Part shown: positions 48,065-63,205 of the stretch, one piece after another
Layout of the letters: every line of letters begins with the position of its first letter
Position numbering within the stretch: position 1 is the stretch's first letter
NCBI GenBank assembly: GCA_951406725.2
Contig: OX597817.1
Location: forward strand, 107,818,001-107,882,000
DNA from: Octopus vulgaris
Lineage: Eukaryota
Direction of reading: 5' to 3'
Length of the DNA: 64,000 nt
Notes under the pieces: model-generated
What the model saw: only the letters and a program-made list of their open reading frames with translations
Databases searched by the model: none
What the model was told of the DNA's origin: nothing
Translations under genes and position numbers: made by a program

Positions 48065-50561
48065 TCGAGTAATGTAACATATTATTGTATAGATAAATTT
48101 CCTCTATTTACATAATATTGAGGTCTCTTTCTTTCTTTTGTTATCTTACCGTTTTACCAATAAATCACCTCCCGGACGACGTTATTCTCAACTAAGAGCT
48201 AATACGGCCTTTTTGGATTATCGCCTAACATCGGTTGAGGACTCTCACACACAGAAGAATTTAATATGGATGCACATCACATAGATTATTCTATGAAAAA
48301 TATACCGATCCCATCAAAGGAATTTTACTCTAAGAAACTTCTACAGAAAATTACTGATCTAATTAAGCGCATGAGATGGAAGGCTTTCTTTTTTTATACA
48401 GAAGCGGACACCACGGAAAACACTTTCTATCGTATAAAATCCAAAAAATTCCCTCCCAGGATTAAAGGCTTGGAAGATTTCGAAGCGGACCTGCTGAAAA
48501 TTATGAGCAAAATAAAATTTCGTAAGTCTTTTAACGATTTCCAACATAAATTGAAAAAAGATATTAAACATATAAAAAGCTCCAAGAAAAATGCACTTTT
48601 TTCGGATAAAACCAAGAAACTTATACCTGGTAGATAACAGCAAATACACACAACTCTTACACAACAGCATCATTAATAATTACACTAAGGCTAGGGCACA
48701 GACATATAACGAAATTAATAAAGAAGCTAGCGTCATCGCCGCTAAACTTAAATTAGATAAAAAAATAGAAAGCCCTCCCCCAAAAAGAGGCCTTTATTAC
48801 TATTAAAGACCACAAAGAAAACTTCCTTTCCAATCCTAAATGTAGGCTTATCAACCCAGCCAAGTCAGAACTTGGGATTATTAGCAAAGAAATTTTAGAT
48901 AAAATAAATACGAAAATTAAGACCGATACTAGGCTAGTGCAATGGTCCAATAGTATAGAAGTCGTAGACTGGTTTAAAGCTATTAAGAATAAGAAAAAAG
49001 CGAGGTTTACACAATTCGATATTGTTGATTTTTATGCCTCTATCTCTAAAGAACTGCTAGATAAAGCCCTCGTCTTCGCTAGCGACTTCATAGAAATTAG
49101 TACCAATGATAAGGATATAATCTTCCATGCTAGAAAGACATTACTTTTCAGTGAGAATGCAAAGTGGGTAAAAAACACCGACACGGAGGGCGCTTTCGAT
49201 GTGAGCATGGGTTCATATGATGGGGCAGGCATCTGTGATCTAATTGGACTTTTTCTCCTAGATACCTTCAGTAAGACATTCCCTAACGTACATTTCGCCA
49301 TCTACAAAGATGATGCCCTCGCCTTAACAGCTAATACAAATGGACCAGCACAAGATCGTTTTAGGAAGGATATTATCCAGTTAATGAAACACTTCGGACT
49401 TAGTATAACTATAGATACTAACCTGACGGTTGTCAATTTCTTAGACGTTTCCTTAGATCTTAATAAGAATATTTATAAGCCTTATAGGAAGCCCAATGAT
49501 AGACTAAGTTATATTAATGTAGGTTCATGCCATCCCCCTATAGTATTCAAAAATTTAGTTAAAAATATTAGTAAGAGGATTTCTAGCCTCTCCTCTAATG
49601 AGGACATCTTCAATAGCGTTGCCCCAGTTTATAATAAAGCTTTAAAAGATAGTGGTTTTAGCGAAAAAATAAAATATACACCTATCACCAGCCCAACAAG
49701 TAAGGAAAAGGAATAATAGAAATAGGAAGGTCATCTGGTTTACGACCTCTTACTCACCCGAGGTGGCCTTCAATATAGGTAAATATTTCCTAGCACTGAT
49801 AGATAGACATTTTCCAGTTAACCATACTTATAGGAAACTCTTCAATAGACACAATTTAAAAATTAGTTTTAGTTCAACTACCAATTTTAAAAACATAATC
49901 AAACATAACATACAAAAAACACAAGAAAACAGCTGTTCATGCAGGAATAAAGAATTGTGTCCGCTAAATGGAGCTTGCATGTCCAAGACCATCATATATG
50001 AAGCCACTAAAGACACTGTTTCGACGAAGAAATACGTGGGCCTTACAGAGGGTAACTTCAAGGCCAGGTTCAATAACCACACTTTGAGCTTTAGGCACTG
50101 GAACAAAAGAAAAGCGACACAATTATCCTAATCATATTTGGTCTTTAAGAGATAAAGGTGTCGATTATAATATACAATGGAAGATTTTGGCCAGATGTAA
50201 GCCCTATACCAACGGCAGCGGAAGGTGCGGTCTATGCGACATGGAGAGATGGCTTATCTGGAAAAGCAGCTTAGACCCTACCTACATGTCTAAATACAAG
50301 GACAGAAATTTTCGGATCATGCCCATATGTGACTAAATTTCTGTTACGTTTTTGGTCCCCTAAAGAAAACGGATAGAACATGCTTTCTGTGTTATGTCCC
50401 AAGAAGATTTTATATATTTTTATATATTTTTATATATTTTTATGTATTTTTATATAATTTTTATGATAAAAATGCGAGCGATGTATAAGTACGCAGGCAA
50501 AGCAGAGTTATAACACAGTAATTTCCCTTTTTAACGGTATTTTTTCATAAGCGTTTTCAAA

Positions 50562-50632
50562 TAGCCAGATAACCGAAGAGATGTCGTGGATTCCCACTTC
50601 GGCATCTGAAACTCAGAGTTTTATCTTGACTA
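50562..50632 (+). ncRNA. second copy of the hammerhead-like motif
   Basis: same motif in the 3' pLTR. Confidence 0.55.
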
Positions 50633-50723
50633 TCGAGTAATGTAACATATATTGTATAGATAAATTTCCTCTATTTACATAATATTGAGGTCTCTTTCTT
50701 TATTTTGTTATCTTAGCGTTTTA

Positions 50724-51186
<463 letters not shown>

Positions 51187-51187
<1 letters not shown>

Positions 51188-51815
51188 CTCTTATTATAAA
51201 AGGCAGATTTTATCTGCCTCCCTTTGTCTCTGATAGAAATCTACAATATAGGATTTCTTCAATTACAATTTACCTAGCATTTTTAAGAGTAGAATGCATC
51301 GGGTCGTGCCAGGTCCGGTTTTTAAAATTTCAACCCCAATTAAACAAAATTTAGAGAAAACTCACATTGTGGTGTGTAAGTGAAGTGCTTTTCTTAGTGT
51401 GGGCTACAGCACACACACGCACACACACACAAACGGAGCGAACTGCTTCACTGATGCTATCACCCTAATTTCTCCTCCTTTCTCTTTGCAAGTGTGCAAC
51501 GATTAAAATGAAGGTATTTATATAAAACGAGAGAAGTGTACCTTAAACCACTACTCAAAAAAACAACAACACAGCAAACAGAAACAAATAAATACATAAC
51601 GATTTACTAAAAACACAATTTCTTCAATTAGTGTTTACCTATGATTTTTCGAAGTACTTCCTTTCGGTCATGGCATACAAAATTTCTTTCAATTTCACCC
51701 CCATTTCAGAAAAAAATTCGAGAAAACTAAATATTTTACCATTTCACTCTGCATATTACTCCCACTTCCTCTTTACACACATAGACACGCAAATATATAA
51801 ATAAAATTGTAAGCT

Positions 51816-51874
<59 letters not shown>

Positions 51875-52290
51875 GTGTGTGTGTGTGAGGGTGCGTGTGT
51901 GTCTGTGTGTGTGTGCGTGTGTGTGAGTGTGTAACAGGGATGAGCAAGTCAAACTGGTCATCCTTTTTGCTAGATCACCTAACATCTAAAGTTATCTCTA
52001 AGTAGCAGTCGCCCAAAAGTGTATATAGACACACACATGTATGTATAATGTGTGTGTATATATTTCCATAGAGGTAACCATTCACTCCATACAAAGTTAT
52101 TTAGGACGAATTGGACGAATATAAGATCTAAAGTATATCCAAGTAGCAGAAAGATCGCCCAAAAGTGTATATAGATATTTAAATGTATTTATATATTCAT
52201 CTATACACACATGTATGTATAATGTGTGTGTATATATTTCCATAGAGGTAACCATTCACTCCGCACAAAGTTTTTTAGGACGGACGAAAA
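51187..52290 (+). mobile_element. non-autonomous Helitron 5' part
   Basis: A|TC start (atctcttattataaaaggcag); internal (TG)n and two ~150-bp tandem units; runs into the 52291 Helitron. Confidence 0.55.
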
Positions 52291-53135
52291 TCTTTATATA
52301 TAAAAGAAAGGTTGTGTGTCTGTCTACTCCGATTTAGATTCCTAACTACTCCCACATTTTGCGATGCAGTTTAACCAAAACCGAGTATCTTATAGTCGTG
52401 ATTCATATCGAGCCCTTATGGGTATTAGCGCGCGTCTACGATGAGCCTACGATTTTACAAATAATTTACCATCATTTTCTCCCATTTTAATGCATATTTT
52501 TTAAATAAAGGGAAGTAACTCTCAAACTTCACACCAATATGCGTGCTCATATGCGACGTAATATCACATCAGCAGCATTTCCTCACACCCTCCTTGCACT
52601 TGGCGAAGGCAAAATACCAGGGGATGAAAATGGTAATATTGCCATCGATTCCATTTGTACCATTGTTAAGACGCCTTCTGATCTCAGAGATGCAGTGTTC
52701 CAAGATCTACAAGCTAATTATTAGAATATGGATTGGATTGGCCAAAAGGCTATACTGGCCCCGAGGAATAAAATTGTTCACCATATTAATGATGAAATGC
52801 TAAAACTCATTCCTGGGGAAGTCTATGTATATCAGTCTATCGATACAACTCCTGACCCACAGGACGTCATCAACTATCCAATAGAGGTACTCAATTCCTT
52901 TGAGCACCCCGGACTAACACCACACATTCTCAAACTTAAAGTTGGTGCCCCTATAATGCTCATCAGAAATTTGGTTCCCCCAAAACAATGCAATGGCACA
53001 CGTTTGATCGTTAAGTCCTTATCTCCCAGCGTAAACTTATATCAATATTTGCCTGAATAATCATCATAATTCAGTGCAATCATTAACAGTACTTTCAAGC
53101 AATTCAGCCCCGAGCAACGCCGGGCAATTCTGCTA

Positions 53136-53136
<1 letters not shown>
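52291..53136 (+). mobile_element. Helitron with PIF1-like helicase fragment
   Basis: A|TC start; cccgagcaacgccggg hairpin then CTAG|T end; KAILAPRN..INDEML..YPIEVLNS..HILKLKVGAPIMLIRNL..CNGTRLIV with an internal stop. Confidence 0.88.
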
Positions 53137-53170
<34 letters not shown>

Positions 53171-53562
53171 CATATGTATATATTTACGTATAGATGTAAG
53201 TATGTACATATACGTATGTGTATATGCATACACACACACACACACATACACCTATATATGTCGTTCAATGCTCGAAATGACGAGTAGATAGACTGCCGAC
53301 AACTGATGAAGGGTCGTTCTTTGGGTTACTTGTCCTGTTTTCCATTTGTTGTTTGCTTATTGAACTCATGTGTTTTCGTATTTCATGTTGTTTACTGTTC
53401 ATGAGGTATGTATGTATGTAAGTATGTATGTATGTATATATACATATGTGTGTGTGTATGTGTATGTGTATGTATGTGTTTGTGTATGCATTACTCTACC
53501 TCTGGTATTTGAGTGCTCTTTTTTTCCGCCTTGTTTCACATTTATGTTCTTACTCCGGTATA

Positions 53563-53867
53563 TCTTTATATATGAAACTGAAGTTGTGTGAGTGTCTGTC
53601 TACTCCGATTTAGATTCCTAACTACTCCCACATTTTGCGGTGCAGTTTAACCAAAATCGGGTATCTTGTAGTCGTGATTCATATCGAGCCCTTCTGGGTA
53701 TTAGCGCGCATCTACGATGAGTCTACGATTAAAAAAAAAAATTACCATCATTTTTCCGTATTTTTAATGCATTTCTTGCTCGCTTTATATAAGGGAAGTA
53801 ACTCTCTAAAAATGCTCATATAGTTATTTCCCTTACAAACCCGAGCAACGCCGGGTGATCCTGCTAG
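53563..53867 (+). mobile_element. 305-bp non-autonomous Helitron
   Basis: same 5' ~230 bp and same hairpin+CTAG end as the 52291 element, without helicase. Confidence 0.88.
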
Positions 53868-54486
53868 TATATATATGATTTGCAGTTACTTTATAGTTCT
53901 CGATCAAGTGTGAAATAAAGATCATTTTGATATACAGAGAAGTTTAAAAAGAGCTACAAATAGTTTAATGCCATAGAGATAAAAGGACGCAGGTCTTGGT
54001 TTTCTTACTTTTCTTGCTTCTCGTTCTACGTTTTCTTCTCCTTATTTATTTATTTATTTATTTGTCATATTTTCTCATTGACCAGCTTCATGGTTTTCAA
54101 ATAGTACAAATGCTATGTATGGAGCCTGAATGATTGTTTGGAGATAAATGGCATCTTACATATATCTACCAAATTATTGTGTGTATGTTTTTTTAATCCT
54201 GTGTATATTAAATGATATGTTTGAGTGTGCTGCACTCACGATCACGAGATCGTAGTTTCAATTCCTAGACCGGGTGGTGTGTTGTGTACTTGGGCAAAAC
54301 ACCTCATCTCACATTGATCTGCGATCACTTCGAGATTTGACGTGTGGTATATCGTGCATCTGTTTAGCAACGTCGATTTGATGAGGGAGTGAGCGCATGC
54401 GGTTAATCACTATAAGCAAATCATTTGTGCAGGTCGTTCGGCAAAAACTGAATGCTTGTACATCGTCTTCAACGGGAGAGTCAATC

Positions 54487-54598
<112 letters not shown>

Positions 54599-54619
54599 TC
54601 TCACATAAACACATACACA

Positions 54620-55523
54620 CGAGGGTTGTGTGAAATGTTTATAGCCTGACTAAAATACTATTATGGAATGTGAGCAAATAAGGCTTATTTTTCAACATAG
54701 TGCCCCTTGAGGTTCATGCACTTCTTCCATCGGCGTTGTTGAAGAAGCTTTCGTTCTATTGTTCATCACCAGCAGATATGACGTCATAATCAGATAGGTC
54801 AAATCAGGAGAATACCCTATTCTCCTGATTAACCAGTTCAAAGCCATAGTTACGCACAGCAGCCATTGAAACTAAGGACTTGTGTGTTGGAACATTGTCC
54901 TGATGAAACAAGGCCCCCTTTCGTCATTTTTCCTGGGTCTTTGGTCTTGACAGCCGTTCGTAACTGCCTCAGCACATTGGCATAGCACTCTCCATTGGCG
55001 GTGTGGCCCTTTTGAAGATAGTCCGAAAAAAACCTGAGGCCACCAATTCCCCGCAGATGAAACAACTTTGGCCTTTTGTGGAGGAGGTGAGCATGGATAT
55101 TTGCGTGGGTTGTCTCTTTGTCTCTGGCTCAAAGTGGTCAACCCAACACTCATCTTGGGCTAGCAAACGTTCAAGGAAACCAGACTGTCATCAATCACCA
55201 CGTGGTAAACACGATCAATGTTTTCCTCGATGGTGGCAATAGCAGGACATCCATACCTTGGATCATCTTCAAGACTTCCCCTTCTCCTCCTAAATTCAAC
55301 TGCTGCAGTTGAGTGTCAGCCCATAATGCAGCATCCATGTTAGCATGAATGTTCTTATGGGATAAACCCTTTTTTCTGCCGATAATTGATAATACTACGA
55401 TGCCAAATTTTGTTGATTTTTCAAGAGAAGTGGCTACTAGTTATTTTTGAAGTCTTCTTTGAACAGACGTAGTTCAAGCATTACCTCTTCATAGACAGCC
55501 TATAAACTTTCCAGCCACCCACG
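54620..55523 (-). mobile_element. degenerate mariner (irritans/Himar-like)
   Basis: imperfect TIRs cgagggttgtgtgaaatgtttatagcctg / cagcctataaactttccagccacccacg; DECWVDHFEPETKRQ, KAKVVSSAG, DYLQKGHT, FHQDN. Confidence 0.8.
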
Positions 55524-55659
55524 GGTGTATGTGTGTGTGTGTGTGCGCGTGTGCCTGTGTATGTATGTGTGTATGTATGTATGTATGTATGTATGTATGT
55601 ATGTATGTATGTATGTATGTATGCGTGTGTGTGTATGTATGTATGTATGTATGTATGTA

Positions 55660-57545
55660 TGCCTCTGTTGAACTGGACGGACGTGTTTTTGTTTCTCTCC
55701 CAAGTCAGTAGCAAGCTACACAGCTTCAAAACTTAACTGACCTTAAATATATATATATTTGTAACCACGTGTTTGCCTACAAACCCGTAAGTACGTTTTT
55801 ATTTAACTACAAATTGTTATCTTTTAATATCTTCAAACAACCAAATAATCAAAAACTCACACCCTTAAGAGAGAACATTTATATATATATACACTTCTTT
55901 CCACATTTCTACTCAATGCACAAGGTGTCAGCCCTTCCATCAATGCACAAAAATGGAAGGTCCAATTCATTGAAGACTGGGTTGGTAACCATCCACACCA
56001 CATCCCTTTCTTCATTCTCACTGAGATCCACCTTGACAACTCCCACTTGGAAGCCGAAGTGAGAGTGAAGAATTTGTCCCAGTCTGTTGTCCCAGTTTTC
56101 AAAAAGGGAAACAAGTCCCTTGCAGTGAACTACCGTCCAATCTCACTCACCTCTCATATCATCAAGGTATTTGAGAGGGTGGTGAGATCTCGAATAACCC
56201 AATTTCTGGAAAGCAACAGACGGCAGATCTCTAACCAACATGGGTTCCGTAATGGAAGGGACTGCCTAACGCAGCTCCTGCATCATTTTGATGACATTTT
56301 GAGAGCTTTGGGAGAGGGCTCCAACACCGATGTCATCTACCTTGATTTCAGTAAGGCCTTCGACAGGGTTGATCACAAGATCCTATTGAAAAAACTATCC
56401 AACATTGGTGTCTCTGGAAAGTTACTAAAATGGATCAAGTGTTTCCTGACAGACAGATCTCAACATGTTGTAGTTGAAGGGGTAAAATCAAGCCCAGCCA
56501 AAGTCAGTAGTGGCGTTCCGCAAGGCACTGTGCTGGGCCCACTTCTTTTCATCATCTACATTAATGACATTAATGACATCATCAAGCACAGCAACATAAA
56601 CATTTTTGCAGATGATTCCAAGCTACAGAAGGTCATAAATGAGGCGAGTGACCGGACATGCCTTCAGTCAGATCTACTGGCTGTTATCCAATGGGCAGAA
56701 AAAAACAATATGCTGCTGAACGAGGATAAATTTGAGTTAATCCACTTTGGAAAAGAGGATGCCCTGAAACTCCCATACCCGCTTCCTTCATGTGAAACTC
56801 TCGTGGCATCCAACAACATCAGAGACTTGGGAGTAATTGTGGACAAAACATAAGCTGGGCCACTCATATAAACACCAAAGTTGACATGGCCCGCAGAATG
56901 TGTTCCTGGATTCTCAGAACTTTCCAGTCGAGAGATATCCACACCATTATCCTTCTCTTCTCCACTTTTGCCCGACCCCACCTTGAATACTGTTGTCCAC
57001 TGTGGTCTCCCCACACAAAACAAAGTATCATAAAAGTTGAAGCACCTCAAAGGGCAATCACAAAAAAGATAGATGGCATGACAGGCCTCGGCTATTGGGG
57101 TCGACTAGAAAAGCTAAAACTTTATTCTCTCCAGCGTCGTCGTGAGCGCTACATCATCTGCATGATGTGGAAAATATTCCATCAGCATTGCCCAAATGAT
57201 GTTGGCATCACCTTTAAGGTACATCCAAGGCTTGGGCCCCGTGCCATCCGCCCAAAACAAAAATCGCACTCTCATCTCATAACAACAATACGGCACAATT
57301 ATTTCACCTCAATTGGCCCCGCTCTCTTTAACATTACACCAAAACACATTAAAACAGAAACTGACCCCATAGGGTTCAAGAAGTCTTTGGACAGATTCCT
57401 TCAAGAAATCCCAGATAACTCTGTAAACAATAACTCTCTACTTGAGTGGGCCATAGTGCCCAAATTCTGACTTGAAAGACTTCACCAGGTGGTGCTATTA
57501 AGTTAGACATGGCCTGGGCCAATAATGGCCGAAACCTATCAAAGT
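55660..57545 (+). mobile_element. internally deleted CR1-group LINE (APE N-terminus fused to RT)
   Basis: ILTEIHLDNSHLEAEV endonuclease remnant, then PVFKKG..NYRPISLTS, QHGFRNGR, YLDFSKAFDRVDH, GVPQGTVLGPLLF, FADDSKL, LEYCCPLWSP, LYSLQRRRERY; tail hairpin. Confidence 0.92.
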
Positions 57546-58715
57546 ATATATATATATGCATACGTGTGTGCTTATATGCGTGTATGTACATGTGTTTGTG
57601 TGAGAATGTCACTTACACTGCCATAGTAGTAATTTATTTTATATCAAACAAGTCATTGTTTTAAGCTTTTTAGAAATTCATCCTCGCGCAACGCTGACTG
57701 ATATGTGAGTAATGATCATATTCATGTCAGTGAGCATTATTCTAAGGGTGTAACGTTATCCATATTTTGTAACTGATAGGAAAAGAGCTTCAGTATATTT
57801 ACACAATGCTGGTGTTGTTAAGTTAATCTAAATTAAGCTTGTGTTTTATTTGTATACCGAAACTTGATATGGTTTGTCAATATTGGTTTTCGATATTTAG
57901 TTTGATTCAGTCAACAATTGATTAGGAATGAGTTATTTTATATTAATGGAACTTTAACATTCCTTCAGGTAGCATCGTAAAAAAGTTGTCACGGACGTTG
58001 GCATGGTCCCATGGTTAAGAAGTTCACTTCGAAATTTCTAAAAAAAACCCTTCCGACTCAGTGTTATCTTAAGGTATGGGCACACCGGATAGTTGCTCCG
58101 GGGCTTTACGCGTGCAGGGTCCCAATTCTGATCTATGTATGTTGTAGCTTGCTGTCAGTAAGTAAATATTACAGGGTCTAGTGCTTTGTTTACCTGATAG
58201 TAAACAAAGTGGCGAAAACTCACTCACCAACAAGCCACAACCTCTGGGCTAAAGACATCTCCCTGTCTATCAATAGCCTCTGTCTCATCTCTCCGTCTAT
58301 TATCAATAGCCTCTTTGAAAAACTCTGTTTCTCTGAACAGCTTAGTGGAATAAGGCACCTTTTCTTTCTACCTGATGTATTAGTTTCTATTCCTCAGGTC
58401 ACCACTTGTGTGTTTACCCCTAAATCCTTCTCTAGCCATTTCTTCTCTTTAGCCTTTCAGTCCCAGAACGTCGACCTATTGAAACGTTCTTCAAGCCAAA
58501 GTTCTCTCTGTAGTTGTCATTCAAGAAATGTTCAAGCTAAATACCAACTATATTGATTCAATCAATCTGGGAAGACTTGCAAAGTTCATGAAATGTCTGT
58601 CCTGAAGACTAGAGCACACACACACATTTGTTCTGGTTCGATTCCTACTACGCAGTACTTTGAACATATATTTTCTATCATAATTTCTGTCAGTTAGGTA
58701 TGGCATGCAGTAGCC

Positions 58716-58716
<1 letters not shown>

Positions 58717-58798
<82 letters not shown>
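58717..58798. repeat. (TAGA)n microsatellite
   Basis: direct reading. Confidence 0.95.
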
Positions 58799-58799
<1 letters not shown>

Positions 58800-59097
58800 A
58801 GATATAAATTCGTATAAATAGTAATGATTAATTGCAAAAAAAAAAAAGAAATAATAATTTAAGGCAAGAAATTGAGTGTATACTTAAATAAGTAGCTGCT
58901 ATTTTGATGTAAGATCGGCGCAGTTTTCACTGCCTTTCAAGTTTAGAATATTTGTTAAATGGAACTCTTTAAATCGAGTGTTCAGTGTAAACTCCACGAG
59001 ACAAATCTTATTTTGCATCTGTTAAGTGACTTTGCAAAGTGAAGAATGTCCGCCTACATAATTTTATAATTTTTGAAGGCATGATTTCAATCTAGAG

Positions 59098-59448
59098 CAG
59101 AGGTTCGCAAACATTTTTTAACTATGAACCCCTTTGATTACTATTTTATTCTGGTGGACCCCCCATAGCCATTCGATGTTTAAAAATTAGTTTTATAGAA
59201 ACGTCTTTCAAAATTTCTATTTGTTTTTTTTTTTTCGCACAGTAACTTGTGTAGATTGAACTATGTAAAATGTTGGAGAAAAATCTGTTTCTTGCAACAC
59301 ATACCAATATATACATCTAAAGCAAAACTTTTTCAGGGGCCCTTAAAATACTTTTGTAGGTCCCCTAGTTTACTATTTTGTTGCGTGGACCCCCAGAAAT
59401 CTTATATGGATCCTCTGGGGCCATGTGGATCCCAGTTGGGAACCACTG
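59098..59448. mobile_element. hAT (Charlie-like) MITE
   Basis: TIRs cagaggttcgcaa / ttgggaaccactg; 8-bp TSD atctagag/atctagaa matching the NTCTAGAN preference. Confidence 0.8.
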
Positions 59449-59518
59449 ATCTAGAAACTGAAACCAGCAAATGAATGAAAAAACCTGCCAAATTGAGAAA
59501 ACACACACACACGCACAC

Positions 59519-59652
<134 letters not shown>

Positions 59653-60504
59653 AAGATAGAATAAAGACAAAGAGATTGGGAAAAATTGTACATGTGTTTA
59701 ATTTCTTCTATGTTTTACTTGTTTCAGTCATTAGAGTGTGGCCATGTTGAAGCACTGCCTTGAAGAATTTTAACAAATCCAGTCACAAGGTTTTGGTCGG
59801 GCCGCGATTGTAGTAAAAGCACTTGTCCAAGGTGCCACGCAGTGTGACTGAACCCGGAACTATGTGGTTGGGAAGCAAGCTTCTTTTATTCATTCAATTG
59901 GCCACAAGGGTCTTACAAAGAAAGGAAGCTGTAGGCTGGACATGGACATAATGAGATGAAATGATAGACGATATGATAATAATGAGGGCAACAGCAACGC
60001 CTGCCAATTGCTGTTTACCCGAACACATTGTTCTTCATAAATACATATTGAGTCAACAAATCTTCTACATCACAAAACATAAAGGAGGCAATAAACTTCT
60101 TACAAGAAAGCCATTGTGAAACAGTAAACTTCTTACCACACAACCACATCTGCACATTATAAACAAAACCACAACCATCACTCGCAAGCGAGTATGTGAC
60201 TTGGTGGCATGTGCAATGTTTTTGCTAATTGCTTTGGTCTATGCAGTTGCGAGAAAACATAGACATTCTCTTTGCCCTGTTACCCAGCGGAACATCGAGG
60301 TTGTGACATCATGAGAGAGATAAGGTTTCAGTAGCACTTGGCTGGTAAATTTTCGGCTGTGTAGACTGGAACAAGTTGAGATGGAGAGACTGGCTTAAGG
60401 ACACATCATTCAAACGATCGAGGTATAGAACACATGAGCTTATAATCGTGAGCACAACATCTTACCCACTAGAGCACGAGCCTTCAGACACAAATTACAT
60501 TTTA

Positions 60505-61035
<531 letters not shown>

Positions 61036-62079
61036 AATTTATTAATAACTCAATATGGAAAAAAAAAAATCTACGACGTGTGATCGACATGTTATACTCT
61101 GCTGCTGATGTCTAATATACTGAATTGTGCCCTATTGTTGTCCTTTACCACAGGGATCAAAGATCATACTTTTTCTTCTAAGCATATAAATTAACTTTCA
61201 GAAATTATTAATTCTTTGGAAATTATCTCCCCTTTTCTTTGGGTACTACGAATTCTTTTTACCCAACAAAGGCGGAATATCAGTTAACTGAGAACTTTTG
61301 GCACGTCGATGACGTTTAATACGCCAATCCCAACCCTTTGCCAGTCCAAAGCATTTTCATAAGTTTGTCCTATACGCTCATGCTTGTTTTCATATTTTTA
61401 GTTAGCCCTGGTTTCATACGATCTGCGTAATACAAAGCTTTCCTTTCATAAGTCCCAAGTTACTCTGGTGGTTGAAAAAATTGGGGAATGTGTATCATAC
61501 ATGGTGTATATAATGCATGGACGCCAGGGAAATATGCCTTGCGTATAATGTGTGATATACAGGTAAAGGATTAACTTATACATGTTTTACATTCGTACAT
61601 AGTCAAAAAGATAAAAACGGTTTAGATGAAAAAAATTGTTAAATGACAGCTACTTATTTCATCGAGCCCCGCGTCTCCCACCTCGCAAAGATGAAAAGCA
61701 AACCAGACCGTAATTGGGTTTAATTTCAGAATGTTAAGAAAAATTGTTTAATTGAAAAATTGCTTAATTGAAAAATTGTTCAACCCGAAATTCTACGAGA
61801 GTTATTATAGCATAGGGAAGTAACTCCAGTAGAACTTGATGCACGCATAAACCAATGTAAGCGCCAACGAGGGAGTCTCTTCAAGCTATCTTCGACACAC
61901 TAGAAATAGCAGCCAATTCTCTTTGAAATCACGCTTTGTCTTAAAACATATAGTGGTTCTAGATATATTATGACTGTGAAAAATACCAAGTGGTCTCGGC
62001 TGAAGTGCCTTTGATAACAGATCAGTTCTATCATGGTTGACGACGGGCTAAGCAACAGCAGTTTCAATAACACTCCCAT

Positions 62080-62760
62080 GCTTATCTGCTTTTAGGACTT
62101 CTGCTGTTTCATCTAAACTAGGAACCTTTTACATTTTTGATTCCTAGATGGCTTTTGCTATTTCTTCAATAGATGTTTAAAGTACAGTCATTTCCAACTC
62201 CTGTTGGAGTTACGAATCAACAGAATTTCTTATTAAACTTAAACATATAGTCCTGTAATGTATTTTTATACTGACACCTATGGCATGTGCACTTATCATC
62301 AAATACATAAAATAGCTGTACATGCCATAGGTATTAGCATAAAAACTACTGTGAAGAGCTATATAGTTTTAAGTTTGATAAAATCTATAAGTAAAAAAGG
62401 GGCAGCCATCAGTGTCAGTATTTCTGGAGATGTGACCAGCGTCTTCATGACTTAGGCAATCATCAGAATATTCCTTCCACGAAACGCTTTGTTCCTGACT
62501 GTCGAAACATTTCTTCCATCTTTCCAAGATGTTTATATCATATGATATTAGTTTCCCACGGGTAGTTGTTTAGAGCTCCATTGTAATTTTGTATATTATT
62601 CCGTAGGTCTTCTGGCTCCTTTGCTGTCTCCTGCATTGGATAGTTAATTTATCCGCCTTATCAGTGTCCACTTACAAGAATCTTTTATCTCTTCTTAAAC
62701 GCTTTTCCACTTCTTTGTTGAGACTCCTGTATTTAGCTATTTTCGCGTTAAGGTTAATCT
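62080..62760 (-). mobile_element. old RTE-clade LINE fragment
   Basis: minus-strand remnants KYRSLNKEVEKRLRRDK, ILERWKKCF, EEIAKAI..KVPSLDETAEVLKAD. Confidence 0.55.
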
Positions 62761-62771
62761 TGTACAGTTAC

Positions 62772-62983
62772 TCTTTTACTTGTTTCAGTCATTTGACTGC
62801 GGCCATGCTGGAGCACAGCCTTTAGTTGAACAAATCGACCCCAGGACTTATTCTTTGTAAGCCTAGTACTTATTCTATCGGTCTGTTTTGCCGAACCGCT
62901 AATTTACGGAAACGTAAACACACCAACATCGGTTGTCAAGCGATGTTGGGGACAAACACAGACACACAAACATATACACACAC

Positions 62984-63039
<56 letters not shown>

Positions 63040-63205
63040 GACGGGCTTCTTTCAGTTTCCGTCTACCAAATCCACTCACAAGGTTTTGGTCGGCCCGAGG
63101 CTATGGTAGAAGACACTTGCCCAAGGTGCCACGCAGTGGGACTGAACCCGGAACCATGTGGTTGGTAAGCAAGCTACTTACCACACACAGCCATTTCTAC
63201 GCCTA
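62772..63205 (-). mobile_element. SINE family A, full length, young-looking
   Basis: head, (TA)n centre and tail gctccagcatggccgcagtcaaatgactgaaacaagtaaaagag; CpGs retained. Confidence 0.9.

Noticed and set aside
52539-53060. Cellular PIF1 helicase gene
   Set aside because: Fragment with an in-frame stop, bounded by Helitron TC and hairpin-CTAG termini
63120-63205. tRNA gene
   Set aside because: tRNA-like head of a multi-copy SINE that continues into SINE body; no clear cloverleaf or terminator
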